Part shown: positions 49,947 through 60,004 of the stretch, one piece after another
Layout: each line of letters begins with the position of its first letter
Numbering within the stretch: the first letter of the stretch is position 1
Assembly: GCA_963739235.1 (NCBI GenBank)
Contig: CAVTZY010000033.1
Span: forward strand, 157,153-221,152
DNA: 64,000 bases
Reading direction: 5' to 3'
Source: Terriglobia bacterium
GTDB taxonomy: Bacteria; Acidobacteriota; UBA6911
The notes under the pieces: generated by a model
The model's input: the letters and a program-made list of their open reading frames with translations, nothing else
The model's database searches: none
Told to the model about the DNA's origin: nothing
Made by a program: the position numbers and the translations under genes

Positions 49947-50636
49947 CTAGTGGCTTACTTTCCGGATGAAATACTCTCGAGAGGGCTGGCCATACCGCAT
50001 GCGGATGGTCTTGGGCAACTGCATGATCAGCTGCTGGCCACCCGAACCAGGCACAAGAATGTCAACAAAATCGGAGTCGCCCGGCTCCGCATATGGAATG
50101 GCCCAGTTATCCCGGCCAAACCGGCTGAAGCTGCCGATGTCCAATGCGGACAACCCGCTCAAGGCGGTTGCGTCGCCGGGCACGCCGGCGGCGGCCTGAT
50201 TTACAACCGCACCCTTCTCAATATCCTGGTTGGCGGCGTTCCCCGTGGCCGCCTGTGAGCCCGCTGGGCGACTGGTCAGCATCCCGAGATGGATGTACCC
50301 GACCGTCCCCACGATGAGAACGGTTACCAGAGCGGTGACACTGGCCACCCGCCAGGAAAATCCTTCGAAACCGTAATGCCAGAGGTCCCGGATCTTCCAA
50401 AAACGACGATGCGAATCTTCGTCCTGGAGGCGCGCGAGCAGCGATTTTTCAAAATCAACTGGAGCGTCGACCTTTCGAAGGTCGCGCGCCAACTGCCTCA
50501 AGCTCAGAGCTGCGTCGACTTCCTTTTCACACGCGTAACATTGCTTCGCGTGCCTCTCCATTCCAAAACGCCCGGCAAAATCCAGTCCGCCTTCGAGATA
50601 ATCTTCCAATTTCCGGTGAAATGTGCGGCAATCCAT
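49947..50636 (-). CDS. Anti-sigma factor (zf-HC2 type), single-pass membrane protein
   Basis: The N-terminus reads MDCRTFHRKLEDYLEGGL....RHAKQCYACEKE (H-x3-C-x2-C). The TM helix is VASVTALVTVLIVGTVGYI. It starts 9 nt after the sigma gene stop. Confidence 0.8.
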   Translation of the reverse strand: MDCRTFHRKLEDYLEGGLDFAGRFGMERHAKQCYACEKEVDAALSLRQLARDLRKVDAPVDFEKSLLARLQDEDSHRRFWKIRDLWHYGFEGFSWRVASVTALVTVLIVGTVGYIHLGMLTSRPAGSQAATGNAANQDIEKGAVVNQAAAGVPGDATALSGLSALDIGSFSRFGRDNWAIPYAEPGDSDFVDILVPGSGGQQLIMQLPKTIRMRYGQPSREYFIRKVSH

Positions 50637-50645
50637 ATTGGTCTT

Positions 50646-51329
50646 CTACATGTAGTGCTCCAGCTTGCGCTGGAGGAGTTCCCTCGCCCGATGCAATCGC
50701 GACTTGATGGTGCCAGTCGAACACTTCAGAATCTTGGCAATGGCCTCATACGGCAATTCCTGAACCTCTTTCATGATAAACGCAATACGGTACTTTTCAG
50801 GAAGAGACCGAATGGCATCGCTGACAACCTGGCCGCTCTCCTTGCGCAACATTTCTTCCCTCGGTCCGCGCCGGACATCAGAGATCTGCATCTCGGGCCG
50901 CTCGGCGTCGTTCGACCGGCTGTTGTCCCAAACGTTGTTATAAAACACCTGGCCGCGCCGCTTGCGATATCGCATCTCATCAATCGCAAGGTTCGTCGCA
51001 ATGCGGTAAAGCCAGGTGGAAAACTGGAAAATGTTGCTATAGCGGCCGATATTCCTGTAAGCGCGAATGAAGGTCTCCTGCGCCAGGTCGGCCGCGATGT
51101 CATAATTGCCTACCATAGCATTCAGGAAATTGATCAGCGAATCTTTATACTTTGTGACCAAAACCGTGAAAGCGGCATCGTTGCCTGCGATGAATTCGCG
51201 CACAAGATGATTGTCTGTGCTCGGAACGGCCTGTTGCAGACCAAGGCCCAATTCACCCATTGGCAATGTATCCCCTTGCGCCCCAGCCATTCGTTCCCTC
51301 GTTCCCTCTTCCCACGGTCTCATATGCAT
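50646..51329 (-). CDS. ECF-type RNA polymerase sigma factor (RpoE-like)
   Basis: Matching blocks are AFTVLVTKYKDSLINFLNAMVGNYDIAADLAQETFIRAYRNI, FSTWLYRIATNLAIDEMR and LPEKYRIAFIMKEVQELPYEAIAKILKCSTGTIKSRLHRAREL. The true start is probably an internal Met. Confidence 0.85.
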   Translation of the reverse strand: MHMRPWEEGTRERMAGAQGDTLPMGELGLGLQQAVPSTDNHLVREFIAGNDAAFTVLVTKYKDSLINFLNAMVGNYDIAADLAQETFIRAYRNIGRYSNIFQFSTWLYRIATNLAIDEMRYRKRRGQVFYNNVWDNSRSNDAERPEMQISDVRRGPREEMLRKESGQVVSDAIRSLPEKYRIAFIMKEVQELPYEAIAKILKCSTGTIKSRLHRARELLQRKLEHYM

Positions 51330-51380
51330 ACACGCTTCGAGATCATTGCGGTTCCCGATTATTTCTGGGGCAATGGGCCC

Positions 51381-54006
51381 CTATTTCATGTCCAGCCAGG
51401 TGTCACCCAAGCCTAGTTCTACTCGCAGGGGAATCTTCAGAGTAACGGCGTTTTCCATTTCCTGCCGCAAAATCTCCTGGACCTGGTTGACTTCCCGTTC
51501 AGGACCTTCGAGCACCAACTCGTCATGAACCTGGAGCAAGATTTTAGTCAAAAGTTCCTTAGTCCGCAAGACGTTCCGGATTCGGATCATCGCGATTTTG
51601 ATGATGTCGGCGGCGGTGCCCTGGATGGGTGTATTGACGGCCGTCCGTTCGGCAAACTGCCGGATGGCATAATCTTTGCTGTTGATATCCGGGATGGGCC
51701 GTATGCGCCCGAAAAGAGTATGGACTACCCCGGTGCAACGCGCATCCTCGATCGTCCGGTCGAGCCAGGCCCGAACCCCGTTATAGCGTTCGAAATAGGC
51801 GTTGATGAAATTCTGCGCCTCCTCGCGGGGAATCCCGAGCCGCTGCGCCAAGCCAAAGGCTGAAAGTCCGTAAACTATTCCAAAGTTTATGACTTTTGCC
51901 ATACGTCGGCACTCTGCCCGATTGGCCCTTTCCGCCTCGGTGAAAACTTCACGGGCGGTACGCTCGTGAATATCTTCGTTGTTCCGAAAGGCATCGATCA
52001 GCACCTCATCTTCCGAGAGGTGCGCCAGCACGCGCAGTTCCACCTGAGAATAATCACCGGAGATCAGCCGGTTCCCCTTTTCGGGAACGAAGGCGCCACG
52101 GATGCGCCGTCCCAAGTCTGTACGGATCGGGATGTTCTGCAGGTTGGGATCAGAGCTGGACAGACGCCCGGTAGCAGCCCCCGTCTGGTTGAAGGAGGTG
52201 TGCACTCTCCCGGTCTCGTGGTTGATCAAGGTAGGGAGAATGTCCACATAGGTTGACTTCAGCTTGGAGAATTGCCGATATTCGAGAATAAGCCTGGGGA
52301 ACTCATACGACTCGGCTAGTTCTTCGAGGACAGCCTGATCCGTGCTGTACCCCTTCGTCTTGCGCGTCTTCTTGAACGTGGGCAAGTTGAGCTTCTCGAA
52401 CAGGATCTCGCCGAGCTGTTTCGGCGAATTGATGTTGAACTCAATCCCGGCCGTGGCGTAGATCCGGCGTGTCAGGCTGCTGATCTGTTTCTCCATTTCA
52501 GCAGAAAGCGACAGAAGCATGCTTGGGTCCACTTTCACCCCGACGCGCTCCATGTCCGCCAGTGCTGGAATCAGCGGCAGTTCGATCTCCTGGTACAGGC
52601 GGCGAACGCCAAGGCTATCCAGCTGGGGGGAGATCAATTCATAGAGGAGCCGCACTGCCTCCACTTCATGGTTGAGCGCATTTGCCAGGTCGTTTTGGAC
52701 GGCTTCGCCAAGCAGGAGGCCCTCGGTATGGGCTTCGGGAAGGGTGACGTGGAGCTGCTCCAGGGCCCAGCGTTTAAGGGTGTAATCACCTATATGCGGG
52801 GCGGTCAAAAACGCCATGAGCATCACATCTTCGACCTTCGCGTCCATGTGAATGCCGCGGCAGCTCCTGAGCCAGCATACAGAGTTTGGCATCCCAGCAG
52901 ACAACAGTTAAGTCCGGATTGCGCAAAGCGTGATCCCAACCCTGGGCAGTCGCCGCGTCTTTCAGGTCGAGCAGAACCGCCGGCTTCGATCCTGCACTTA
53001 GGCACGCGGCCTCGGCTATTTTGCGGCCCAAGGTTCCATTCTTGAGTCTCAATGCCAGGTAGATGACCGGCTCTTGCTTTAGTTTTTCCAGGAATCCGGC
53101 GGCGTCCTCGGGAGACAGCCATTTTGCCTGCGGCATCTCTTTATGCTGTTCGTCGAGGAACTCGGTCTTCAGAGACTTGAATTCAAGCTCGTCAAACAGT
53201 TGAAATGCGGCCTTGCGGTCAGGCTCGCTGAGAACGAGCGCGTCCAAGTCCAGAGGAATGGGAAGGTCCTGATGGATGGTGGCAAGCTCGCGGCTGGTGC
53301 GGATGAGTTCGACATTGTCCCGCAGGCTCGCCTGGTAGGTCTTTCTCTTGACCTGCTCCCAGTTTTTCAAGGTGTTTTCGAGCGTGCCGAAAGTCTGAAT
53401 AAGCTCCTTGGCGCCCTTCTCCCCGATCCCGGGTGCGCCCGGGATATTGTCGGAAGCGTCGCCCCAGAGTCCGAGCAAATCGGCCACCTGCTCCGGCTTT
53501 ACGCCCATCTTTTCGACCACTTTCTGTGCATCGAGGATCAGGTTGTCCTTCATCGGATCCAGGATGAAGGTGTGGTCATTAACGAGCTGCATCATGTCCT
53601 TATCGCTGGTTACCAAAAGTGAGGCCAGGCCGGCTTCGGCTGCTTTGCGCGCCAGGGTCCCGAGAACATCATCGGCCTCATAGCCGGGATAGGAGATGAC
53701 GGGCACGCGGAAGGCTTCGCACACCTTCATGATGTACGGCAGCTGGGGTACGAGATCCTCCGGCATCGGCTTGCGTGTGGCCTTGTAGGCCTCAAACTTT
53801 TCATGCCGTACCGTCGGGCCTTCCAGATCGAAGGCGACCCCGATGTAGTCCGGTTTCTCGCCCTCGATGAGCTTGCGCAGCATGGATGTGAAACCGTACA
53901 CCGCATTGGTGGGAAATCCCTTCGAGTTGCTTAACCTCGGTATGGCATAGTATGCGCGGTAGATGTGCGACATGCCATCGACCAAAACCAGGCGCTTTCG
54001 GCTCAC
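51381..54006 (-). CDS. polA: DNA polymerase I, frame broken once
   Basis: The N-terminal 5' nuclease reads RLVLVDGMSHIYRAYYA...GVAFD...LVTSDKDMMQL...GIGEKGA. The Pol domain contains DYSQVELRVLAHLSEDE, RRMAKVINFGIVYG and LQVHDELVLE. The frames join near 52860 (extra C in ctgCcgcgg). The length is 2626 = 3n+1. GTG start at 54006. Confidence 0.9.
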
Positions 54007-54111
54007 GCTGACTTCCTTATCGAAGAAGAGTTCGATTTGGCAATGTAGTATTGTAGCATGAAGCTCTTGGATCCTCTGGAACAACAAGATACTACCGCAT
54101 AGGAGTTGGGC

Positions 54112-54660
54112 ATGAACGGCGAACAGAATCCGGAAACTGCAGTAGAACGGCGTGAGGTGATCTACCGTGGGAAGATCGTTGATTTGGAGGTCGACACCGT
54201 CCGCCTGCACTCCGGCCGGAATGTAATTCGCGAAGTTGTGAAACACCCGGGGGGCGTGGTGGCCGTGCCCGTGCTCGAGGACGGAAAGCTCCTTTTGATC
54301 CGCCAGTTCCGCTATCCGTTGCAGAAGTACATCCTGGAGTTTCCCGCAGGCAAGCTCGACAGCGGCCAGTCACCACTCGATACCGTGAAACGCGAGCTCG
54401 AAGAGGAAACCGGCTTCCGGGCAGCCTCCATGCGTCCTGAGTTTTCGTTTTATACGTCGCCGGGGATTTGCAATGAGGTGATTCATCTCTTCGTGGCAGC
54501 AGGCCTGACTCAAGTCACGCAGCGTCTCGAAGAAGGGGAACACATCACGGTTGAAAGCCATACGCTGGACGAGTGCCTGCAGATGATCAAATCGGGAGAG
54601 ATCGCCGACGCCAAGACTATCTTGGGAATCCTCTGGTACCATCATCAAACCCCATCGTAA
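54112..54660 (+). CDS. NUDIX hydrolase (ADP-ribose pyrophosphatase-like)
   Basis: The Nudix box is GKLDSGQSPLDTVKRELEEETGF. An AGGAG lies 6 nt before ATG 54112. Confidence 0.85.
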   Translation: MNGEQNPETAVERREVIYRGKIVDLEVDTVRLHSGRNVIREVVKHPGGVVAVPVLEDGKLLLIRQFRYPLQKYILEFPAGKLDSGQSPLDTVKRELEEETGFRAASMRPEFSFYTSPGICNEVIHLFVAAGLTQVTQRLEEGEHITVESHTLDECLQMIKSGEIADAKTILGILWYHHQTPS

Positions 54661-54690
54661 AACCAGGCCGCGCACGCCGAAGCTGTCCCA

Positions 54691-54946
54691 AAACTGTGCG
54701 TTCCGGAGGGACGCCGAGAAGGTAGCCGGGGGCGAGCCGCGCAGCGGCGCTGCCCCCAGTCACTGCAGGCACGATACGAGAGCCCTGAAGTTTAGGCAGA
54801 AGTTCTTCAGTTTCAGATGCTCTCTGTCGCCCATCCAGGGCTCTTGATCAGATTCCAATAAGCCACGGGCTGCGCTTCGCTTGCCCGGGGCTACTATCTT
54901 CCGCCTTTCCAGGGCTGAAAATGCTGGAATGCCATCCGCCGCATGA
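54691..54946. repeat. ~256-bp dispersed non-coding repeat, copy B
   Basis: It has the same orientation and block structure as 29843-30099. See copy A. Confidence 0.8.
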
Positions 54947-55134
54947 CTTTTGGAGACACACTCGCCGACCGGGGCGCCGGTTCAGATCATCCTGAAATCT
55001 GAGCGCCGAGCGGCGCCCACCGGTCTGCGAATATGGGGCGGCGCGTTTTAATTGTGAAGAAATGGGGGGATTTAGCCGATTTTATACTTGGAATGAGTAG
55101 CGGGATAAAGCTCTGATCAGCTGGAGCCGGAATT

Positions 55135-56526
55135 GTGAACTGTCCTAAGTGCGGATTCGTCCAGGAGGAACGGGCGGATTGCAAAAAGTGCGGCGTAGTA
55201 TTTGCCAAGTTTTTTGCGTTCCATGCCCCGGAGTCCGGTCCTGCGCTCATGGTTCAGGAACCGCTTTCTGCCGTAAGCACTTCCCCTGTAGAGCAATCCC
55301 TGTCCGACGCGAGCCAACTGCACGAAGTCACGCACGGTCTGCGGAATCTAGAGCAGCGGTTCCATGAACTGGAGTTTGAGAGGGCTGAGCGCCGGCGCCT
55401 TCATGGCGAAATGCGCGCCATCGACATACGGCTCCAGGAAGGTCTGGCACGGGTCACAGCATGCCAGGAAGAGGTGGAACTTCATGCCGGGAAACTCTCC
55501 GAACTCCCGCCTGTCCCTTCTCTTCAGGACTTTTCTGCACTCCAGATCGAGGTGCGCGCACTTGACATCCTGTCGCTCCACAAACGCATCGAACGAATGG
55601 AAGATCGCATTCAGTCGTTCCCGCACGAGCAGTCGCGCGGCGCAGACGCACTCCCCCTTGAGACTGTTACTAGGCTGGATGAACGTCTGGAGGAATTGGA
55701 AAACCGTTTGGATAAGCTGGCCGAACCAAAGGGCGCAGTCATCGGGGATGATACGCTTACCCAGCTGGGTTCTTCGCTCCAGGCTTTCGAGGAACTGAAA
55801 GCTTCCCTCCAAAACGTTACCCTGCGCTACACCGAAATCGGCGAGCTTAAGAAAAACCACCTCGTGTTGCATAACATGATTGAATCCCTGCAACACGCAA
55901 TGGATAGCTTAAAAAAGGACCCTTCCAACGGCACCGCCGCGAAGATGGCCGAGATCGAGAAGGAGGTATCTGCCCTGAAAGCGGAGGTCCGCAAGAATTA
56001 CGAGCGCATCGAGCTGCTGGAAACTCACCCTCCTCAGGCCGCTGCACCGGTCGAAGTCGTTGCCTTAGAAGAATTTGTGTCTTTGCGTGAGGATTTCGCC
56101 GCCGCCGGCAGGATACACGAAGAAGAAAAATCGCAGATGCAGTCCAGGCTGGAGATCCTTGAGGCAAGAGTCGGCGAGAGCCTTGCTGCACTGGCAGAGC
56201 TTCCCGGTCACATGGAAGCGTTCACCTCCCAAATCCGTCTCATGGATCAGCAGTACCAGTCGCTGGCAGGAACGCTGGCTCAGCTGTCCAAGGAAACCCA
56301 CGGAATTCCCCAGAAGACAGCTGAACTGCACAGGGATGTCGAACAATTGGGGGAGGAATACCTGCAGACAAGAATGCAGATTCGGGCTATGGAGGAGAAA
56401 ATCAACAGCCTGCTCAAGCCCCCCACCAATGGAAACAATGCTCCCGCTTTAGGCGATATGCAGGCCATCCGGGAGAACCTGGACGAAATTCGCCGCTTCA
56501 TGGCAACCCTGTCCCGCAAGCTGTAG
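55135..56526 (+). CDS. Zinc-ribbon plus long coiled-coil protein
   Basis: The GTG start gives MNCPKCGFVQEERADCKKCGVVFAKF (CxxC-x10-CxxC). About 400 aa of heptad-rich, Glu/Leu/Arg-rich sequence follow. Confidence 0.75.
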   Translation: MNCPKCGFVQEERADCKKCGVVFAKFFAFHAPESGPALMVQEPLSAVSTSPVEQSLSDASQLHEVTHGLRNLEQRFHELEFERAERRRLHGEMRAIDIRLQEGLARVTACQEEVELHAGKLSELPPVPSLQDFSALQIEVRALDILSLHKRIERMEDRIQSFPHEQSRGADALPLETVTRLDERLEELENRLDKLAEPKGAVIGDDTLTQLGSSLQAFEELKASLQNVTLRYTEIGELKKNHLVLHNMIESLQHAMDSLKKDPSNGTAAKMAEIEKEVSALKAEVRKNYERIELLETHPPQAAAPVEVVALEEFVSLREDFAAAGRIHEEEKSQMQSRLEILEARVGESLAALAELPGHMEAFTSQIRLMDQQYQSLAGTLAQLSKETHGIPQKTAELHRDVEQLGEEYLQTRMQIRAMEEKINSLLKPPTNGNNAPALGDMQAIRENLDEIRRFMATLSRKL

Positions 56527-56621
56527 CCCCGAGTCGCTGAAATAGCTTAAATTCCTAGGTTTCAGCCCGCACTGTGGTAAAATACTTCATCGTATCTTGG
56601 TAATCATATTGAGGGCACGTC

Positions 56622-57041
56622 ATGAAGAAAATTGCAGCCGGCTCAGATGTCGAGGCCTATTGCACGAAGTGCAAGCTTGTGCTTGCCCATACCGTGATCA
56701 GCATGCTGGGTGCCAAGCCACGCCGGGTCAAGTGTAACACCTGTTCTGGCGAGCACAATTACCGGGCGGAGAAACCTCAATCTAAGACCGCATCCAAAAA
56801 GACGGAAAAGTCCACGAAAACCAAAACTCCCAAGAGAACGCGGCAGAGCTGGACCGATGTCATGCAGGAGGCTTCAGGCAAGCCCCATAAGACCTACAGC
56901 ATGTCAGGCAGTTTCGGAGAAGGGGACTGGATCGAGCACAACGTCTTCGGGTTAGGTTGCGTCCAGACATTCACGCCGCCAAATAAGATCACCGTTCGCT
57001 TTGCCGATTCCACAAGGTTGCTCATCTGCAATCGGAGTTAG
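56622..57041 (+). CDS. Small zinc-ribbon protein with basic linker and DUF3553-like C-terminal domain
   Basis: The N-terminus reads CTKCKLVLAHTVISMLGAKPRRVKCNTCSGEH, followed by a K/T/S-rich linker. The C-terminus reads FGEGDWIEHNVFGLGCVQTFTPPNKITVRF. The stop abuts the next gene's GTG. Confidence 0.7.
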   Translation: MKKIAAGSDVEAYCTKCKLVLAHTVISMLGAKPRRVKCNTCSGEHNYRAEKPQSKTASKKTEKSTKTKTPKRTRQSWTDVMQEASGKPHKTYSMSGSFGEGDWIEHNVFGLGCVQTFTPPNKITVRFADSTRLLICNRS

Positions 57042-57935
57042 GTGAAACTCGTACTACCAGCTGAAAGTTCACTCCTGGCAGCAGTTCGCGAATTGGTCCC
57101 AGGTGCGTCCAATCGCACCTTGAGGCAATTGCTGCAGCATGGGCGTGTCCGCGTCAACGGCGCAGCTTCGAAGATTGCAGCCCAACGCGTCATCCCCGGG
57201 GATGTCGTCGAGGTCGTTGCCCATGGAGATCCTCGCCCAACGGTGCCGGGACTCCAGATTGTGTTTGAGGACAAAGACATCCTTCTGGTGGAAAAACCGG
57301 CAGGTTTGTTGACCGTGGCCACGGCTCATGAACAGGAAAAAACCGCCTATGTTTATCTGCGTCAACACCTGAAGGAATGCAATCCAAAGCAAAAACTGTT
57401 CATCGTGCATCGTCTCGACAAATTTGTCAGCGGCGTGCTTGTCTTCGCAAAATCCGAACCGGTTCAAGCCAAGCTTCAAACACTGTTCAGCCGTCACCAC
57501 ATTCGACGCAAGTATTGGGCGATTGTCGAGGGACACGTAGAGAAGGATCAGGGCACGATCCGGAGCTACCTTGCTGAGAACCGAGCCAGGCGCATGCACT
57601 CCATCCAGGATGGCTCCGACGGCAAGCTGGCCGTAACCCATTATCGAGTCTTGAGGCACTTCCCGCAGCTGACGGCGCTCGAAGTGACTCTGGAAACGGG
57701 CAGGAAAAACCAGATTCGGGTTCACCTTTCCGAGATGGGTCACCCTATTGTCGGCGATCGCGCTTACGGCAGCACGGTGAATCCTATGGGGCGGTTGGGC
57801 CTGCACGCGTTTTTGCTCGGCTTCAACCATCCGATCTCAGGCACCGCCATCGAGCACAAGACCGGGATCCCGCCGGAGTTTGTTCGCTACCTTCCCCACG
57901 GGCCATCGAGCAAAGCCGCGAAGAGAGACCAGTAA
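57042..57935 (+). CDS. RluA-family pseudouridine synthase with N-terminal S4-like domain
   Basis: The catalytic block is HRLDKFVSGVLVFAKS. Downstream it contains KYWAIVEG and GRKNQIRVHLSEMGHPIVGDRAYG. Confidence 0.88.
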   Translation: MKLVLPAESSLLAAVRELVPGASNRTLRQLLQHGRVRVNGAASKIAAQRVIPGDVVEVVAHGDPRPTVPGLQIVFEDKDILLVEKPAGLLTVATAHEQEKTAYVYLRQHLKECNPKQKLFIVHRLDKFVSGVLVFAKSEPVQAKLQTLFSRHHIRRKYWAIVEGHVEKDQGTIRSYLAENRARRMHSIQDGSDGKLAVTHYRVLRHFPQLTALEVTLETGRKNQIRVHLSEMGHPIVGDRAYGSTVNPMGRLGLHAFLLGFNHPISGTAIEHKTGIPPEFVRYLPHGPSSKAAKRDQ

Positions 57936-57986
57936 AGAGCCGGTTCGCCTAGGCTCCAGGCTATTGGCCACACTCCCTCCCGGGTG

Positions 57987-58808
57987 TCAATCGCCGTCGG
58001 TCATTTTTCTACAATGCTGCCGGAAATCGAATAGTCCGCGGTCCATCAGATGGGAAGGAATGACCCTGCCAAGAGCGGCAAGCATAGACTCGCGAATGCA
58101 GGGAATCTCTTTTTCGAGATCTGCAATCAGCTTCTGAACGCGCTTCCGCTTCAGAGTTTCCTGCTCACTGCATAGATTGCAGGAAATGACCGGATACTTC
58201 TGATGCACCGCAAAGGCAACAATGTCGTCTTCCCAGCAATAGGCCATGGGACGAATCACCGTGTTTCGTCCGTCTTCGCTCCGGAGAATCGGCGGCATCG
58301 CCTTGATCGAACCGGCGAAGAACAAGTTGAGCAGGAGCGTCTGAAGAACATCGTCAGCGTGGTGCCCCAGCGCGATCTTCGAGCATCCTTCCTCTGCAGC
58401 TACGTTATATAGAACTCCTCGACGCAACCGCGAACAGAGAGAACAGGTAGTTCTGCCTTTGGGAATCTTGTCGGAGACAATCGCATAGGTGTCTCGCCTC
58501 ACAATCCGGAAGGGGATACCCTCGGATGTGAAATACTTTTCCAGCACCTGCACGGGAAAGCCAGGCTGCATCTGATCCAGAGTCACTGCCAGCAGATCGA
58601 ACCGTACCGGCGCCCTCGCCTGCAGGTCCCGGAGCAGGTCGAGGAGAGTGAAACTGTCTTTTCCGCCACTCAGGCAGACCATAATCCGATCACCGGCAGC
58701 GATCATGTCATAGTCGGCGATCGCCTGCCCGACACGCCGCAGCAGACGCTTCTTCAATCGATTGCCATCTTCCATCGAATCCATCCTGCGGCGGCGGCAT
58801 CGAGACAC
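57987..58808 (-). CDS. ttcA: tRNA 2-thiocytidine(32) synthetase TtcA (PP-loop ATPase)
   Basis: Matching blocks are [42 protein letters not shown] and C..CS.LRRG plus a C-terminal CNLC. The true start is probably an internal Met (58784 or later). Confidence 0.88.
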   Translation of the reverse strand: MSRCRRRRMDSMEDGNRLKKRLLRRVGQAIADYDMIAAGDRIMVCLSGGKDSFTLLDLLRDLQARAPVRFDLLAVTLDQMQPGFPVQVLEKYFTSEGIPFRIVRRDTYAIVSDKIPKGRTTCSLCSRLRRGVLYNVAAEEGCSKIALGHHADDVLQTLLLNLFFAGSIKAMPPILRSEDGRNTVIRPMAYCWEDDIVAFAVHQKYPVISCNLCSEQETLKRKRVQKLIADLEKEIPCIRESMLAALGRVIPSHLMDRGLFDFRQHCRKMTDGD

Positions 58809-59164
58809 CTGCTCACTGGATTTAAGAAAACCTCAGAAAATCCAGGTGTCCACCCAAATGACCCCATCACTTTTTGCGTGGCGGCTCTCACATTTTTGCA
58901 GTGGAATTGTAACAGACAGGCGCCCAAAACGCAGCGACGCGGCAAAAATTCAAGCGAATCCTGAAATTTGTCTACAGTCGCTGATTATTTTCTCAACAAC
59001 GACATAAGTGATTATTTATGAGTTTTTTAACAGATATTGTGGGGCTTAAGACGGAACCTCGTTGATTATTTCAACACCTGGATATAAGTAACCTCGCGGT
59101 TTATCCGAATTATAGTTACTGTAAATATCTTTAATATCAAATATTTATGTCGCTTGCACAAAAA

Positions 59165-59180
59165 TGGCACGTTTCTGGCA
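59165..59180 (+). promoter_or_regulatory. Sigma54 (-24/-12) promoter
   Basis: The site TGGCACgtttcTGGCA has GG and GC separated by exactly 10 nt. It has one mismatch to TGGCAC-N5-TTGCA. It lies 63 nt upstream of ATG 59243 in an AT-rich 430-bp intergenic region, and a sigma54 activator gene sits 2.6 kb downstream. Confidence 0.65.
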
Positions 59181-59242
59181 CAGATATTTCTTGCAGAAAA
59201 GTGCAGGCAGTGCGAGCCAGGAGATCCTGATCAGGAGATAAC

Positions 59243-60004
59243 ATGAACTCATATCGAAAGTGCTACCTCATTCCCCCGACTGAAAAACAGTGTCTATGGA
59301 TGTCGGCAGGAGTCGTATCCTATCAGCTCTGTGATCGGATGTTCGATTGCGATAGCTGCCCTCTGGAGCAGGCGATGCGCAGGCGATTTTCCCTGTCGAC
59401 CGCCGCAGTGGAGGAAGAAAGCGGCCAGGCGGCATGCGCAGTCGAACAGGAACTCCCTCGAGAAGGATTTCATTATAGTCGCAGCCATTGGTGGGCGCAT
59501 CAGACCGGTCCGCGATTGATTCGACTCGGCATTGAGCCTGGCTTGGCGCTATTACTCCAGGGAATCAAGGCAATTGTCTTCCCCGCTCCGCAGCAGCATG
59601 TGCGCCGAGCCCAGAACTGTATTTGGCTGGTAATGGACGGGGGAACGGTGCCGCTCGAAGCCCCGCTGGACGGGGTGGTGAGGACGGTGAACAATGAACT
59701 GGTCACCAGTCCCCACTTGCTCGGTTCGCAGCCGTTTGATGATGGCTGGCTCTACGAGTTGGAAGCCGAAGACGCGGAGACGATAACGACGGAGTGGATG
59801 AGCGCCGGGGAGGCAGAACCGCGCTATCGAAGCGACCAGACCCGCTTCCTGGAATCGGTCACCGGCGCGCTGCGCGGCCGCCGCACATCCGTCGGTCTTA
59901 CGCTCACGGACGGTGGCGAGAAACTTCGGAGTTTTGCCGACATTCTCGGCCCGACTCGCTACTTTGCGCTGATACGCCAGCACTTCGGCTGGGCTAAACG
60001 CTAG
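59243..60004 (+). CDS. GcvH-like (lipoyl-domain fold) protein lacking the lipoyl lysine, with N-terminal Cys-rich motif
   Basis: The N-terminus reads C-x12-CLWMSAGVVSYQLCDRMFDCDSCPLEQA. The core, FHYSRSHWWAH...LGIEPGLALLLQGIKAIVFP...LEAPLDGVVRTVNNELVTSPHLLGSQPFDDGWLYELEA, aligns by eye with GcvH. The ESVK position reads VMDGG. Confidence 0.7.
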   Translation: MNSYRKCYLIPPTEKQCLWMSAGVVSYQLCDRMFDCDSCPLEQAMRRRFSLSTAAVEEESGQAACAVEQELPREGFHYSRSHWWAHQTGPRLIRLGIEPGLALLLQGIKAIVFPAPQQHVRRAQNCIWLVMDGGTVPLEAPLDGVVRTVNNELVTSPHLLGSQPFDDGWLYELEAEDAETITTEWMSAGEAEPRYRSDQTRFLESVTGALRGRRTSVGLTLTDGGEKLRSFADILGPTRYFALIRQHFGWAKR

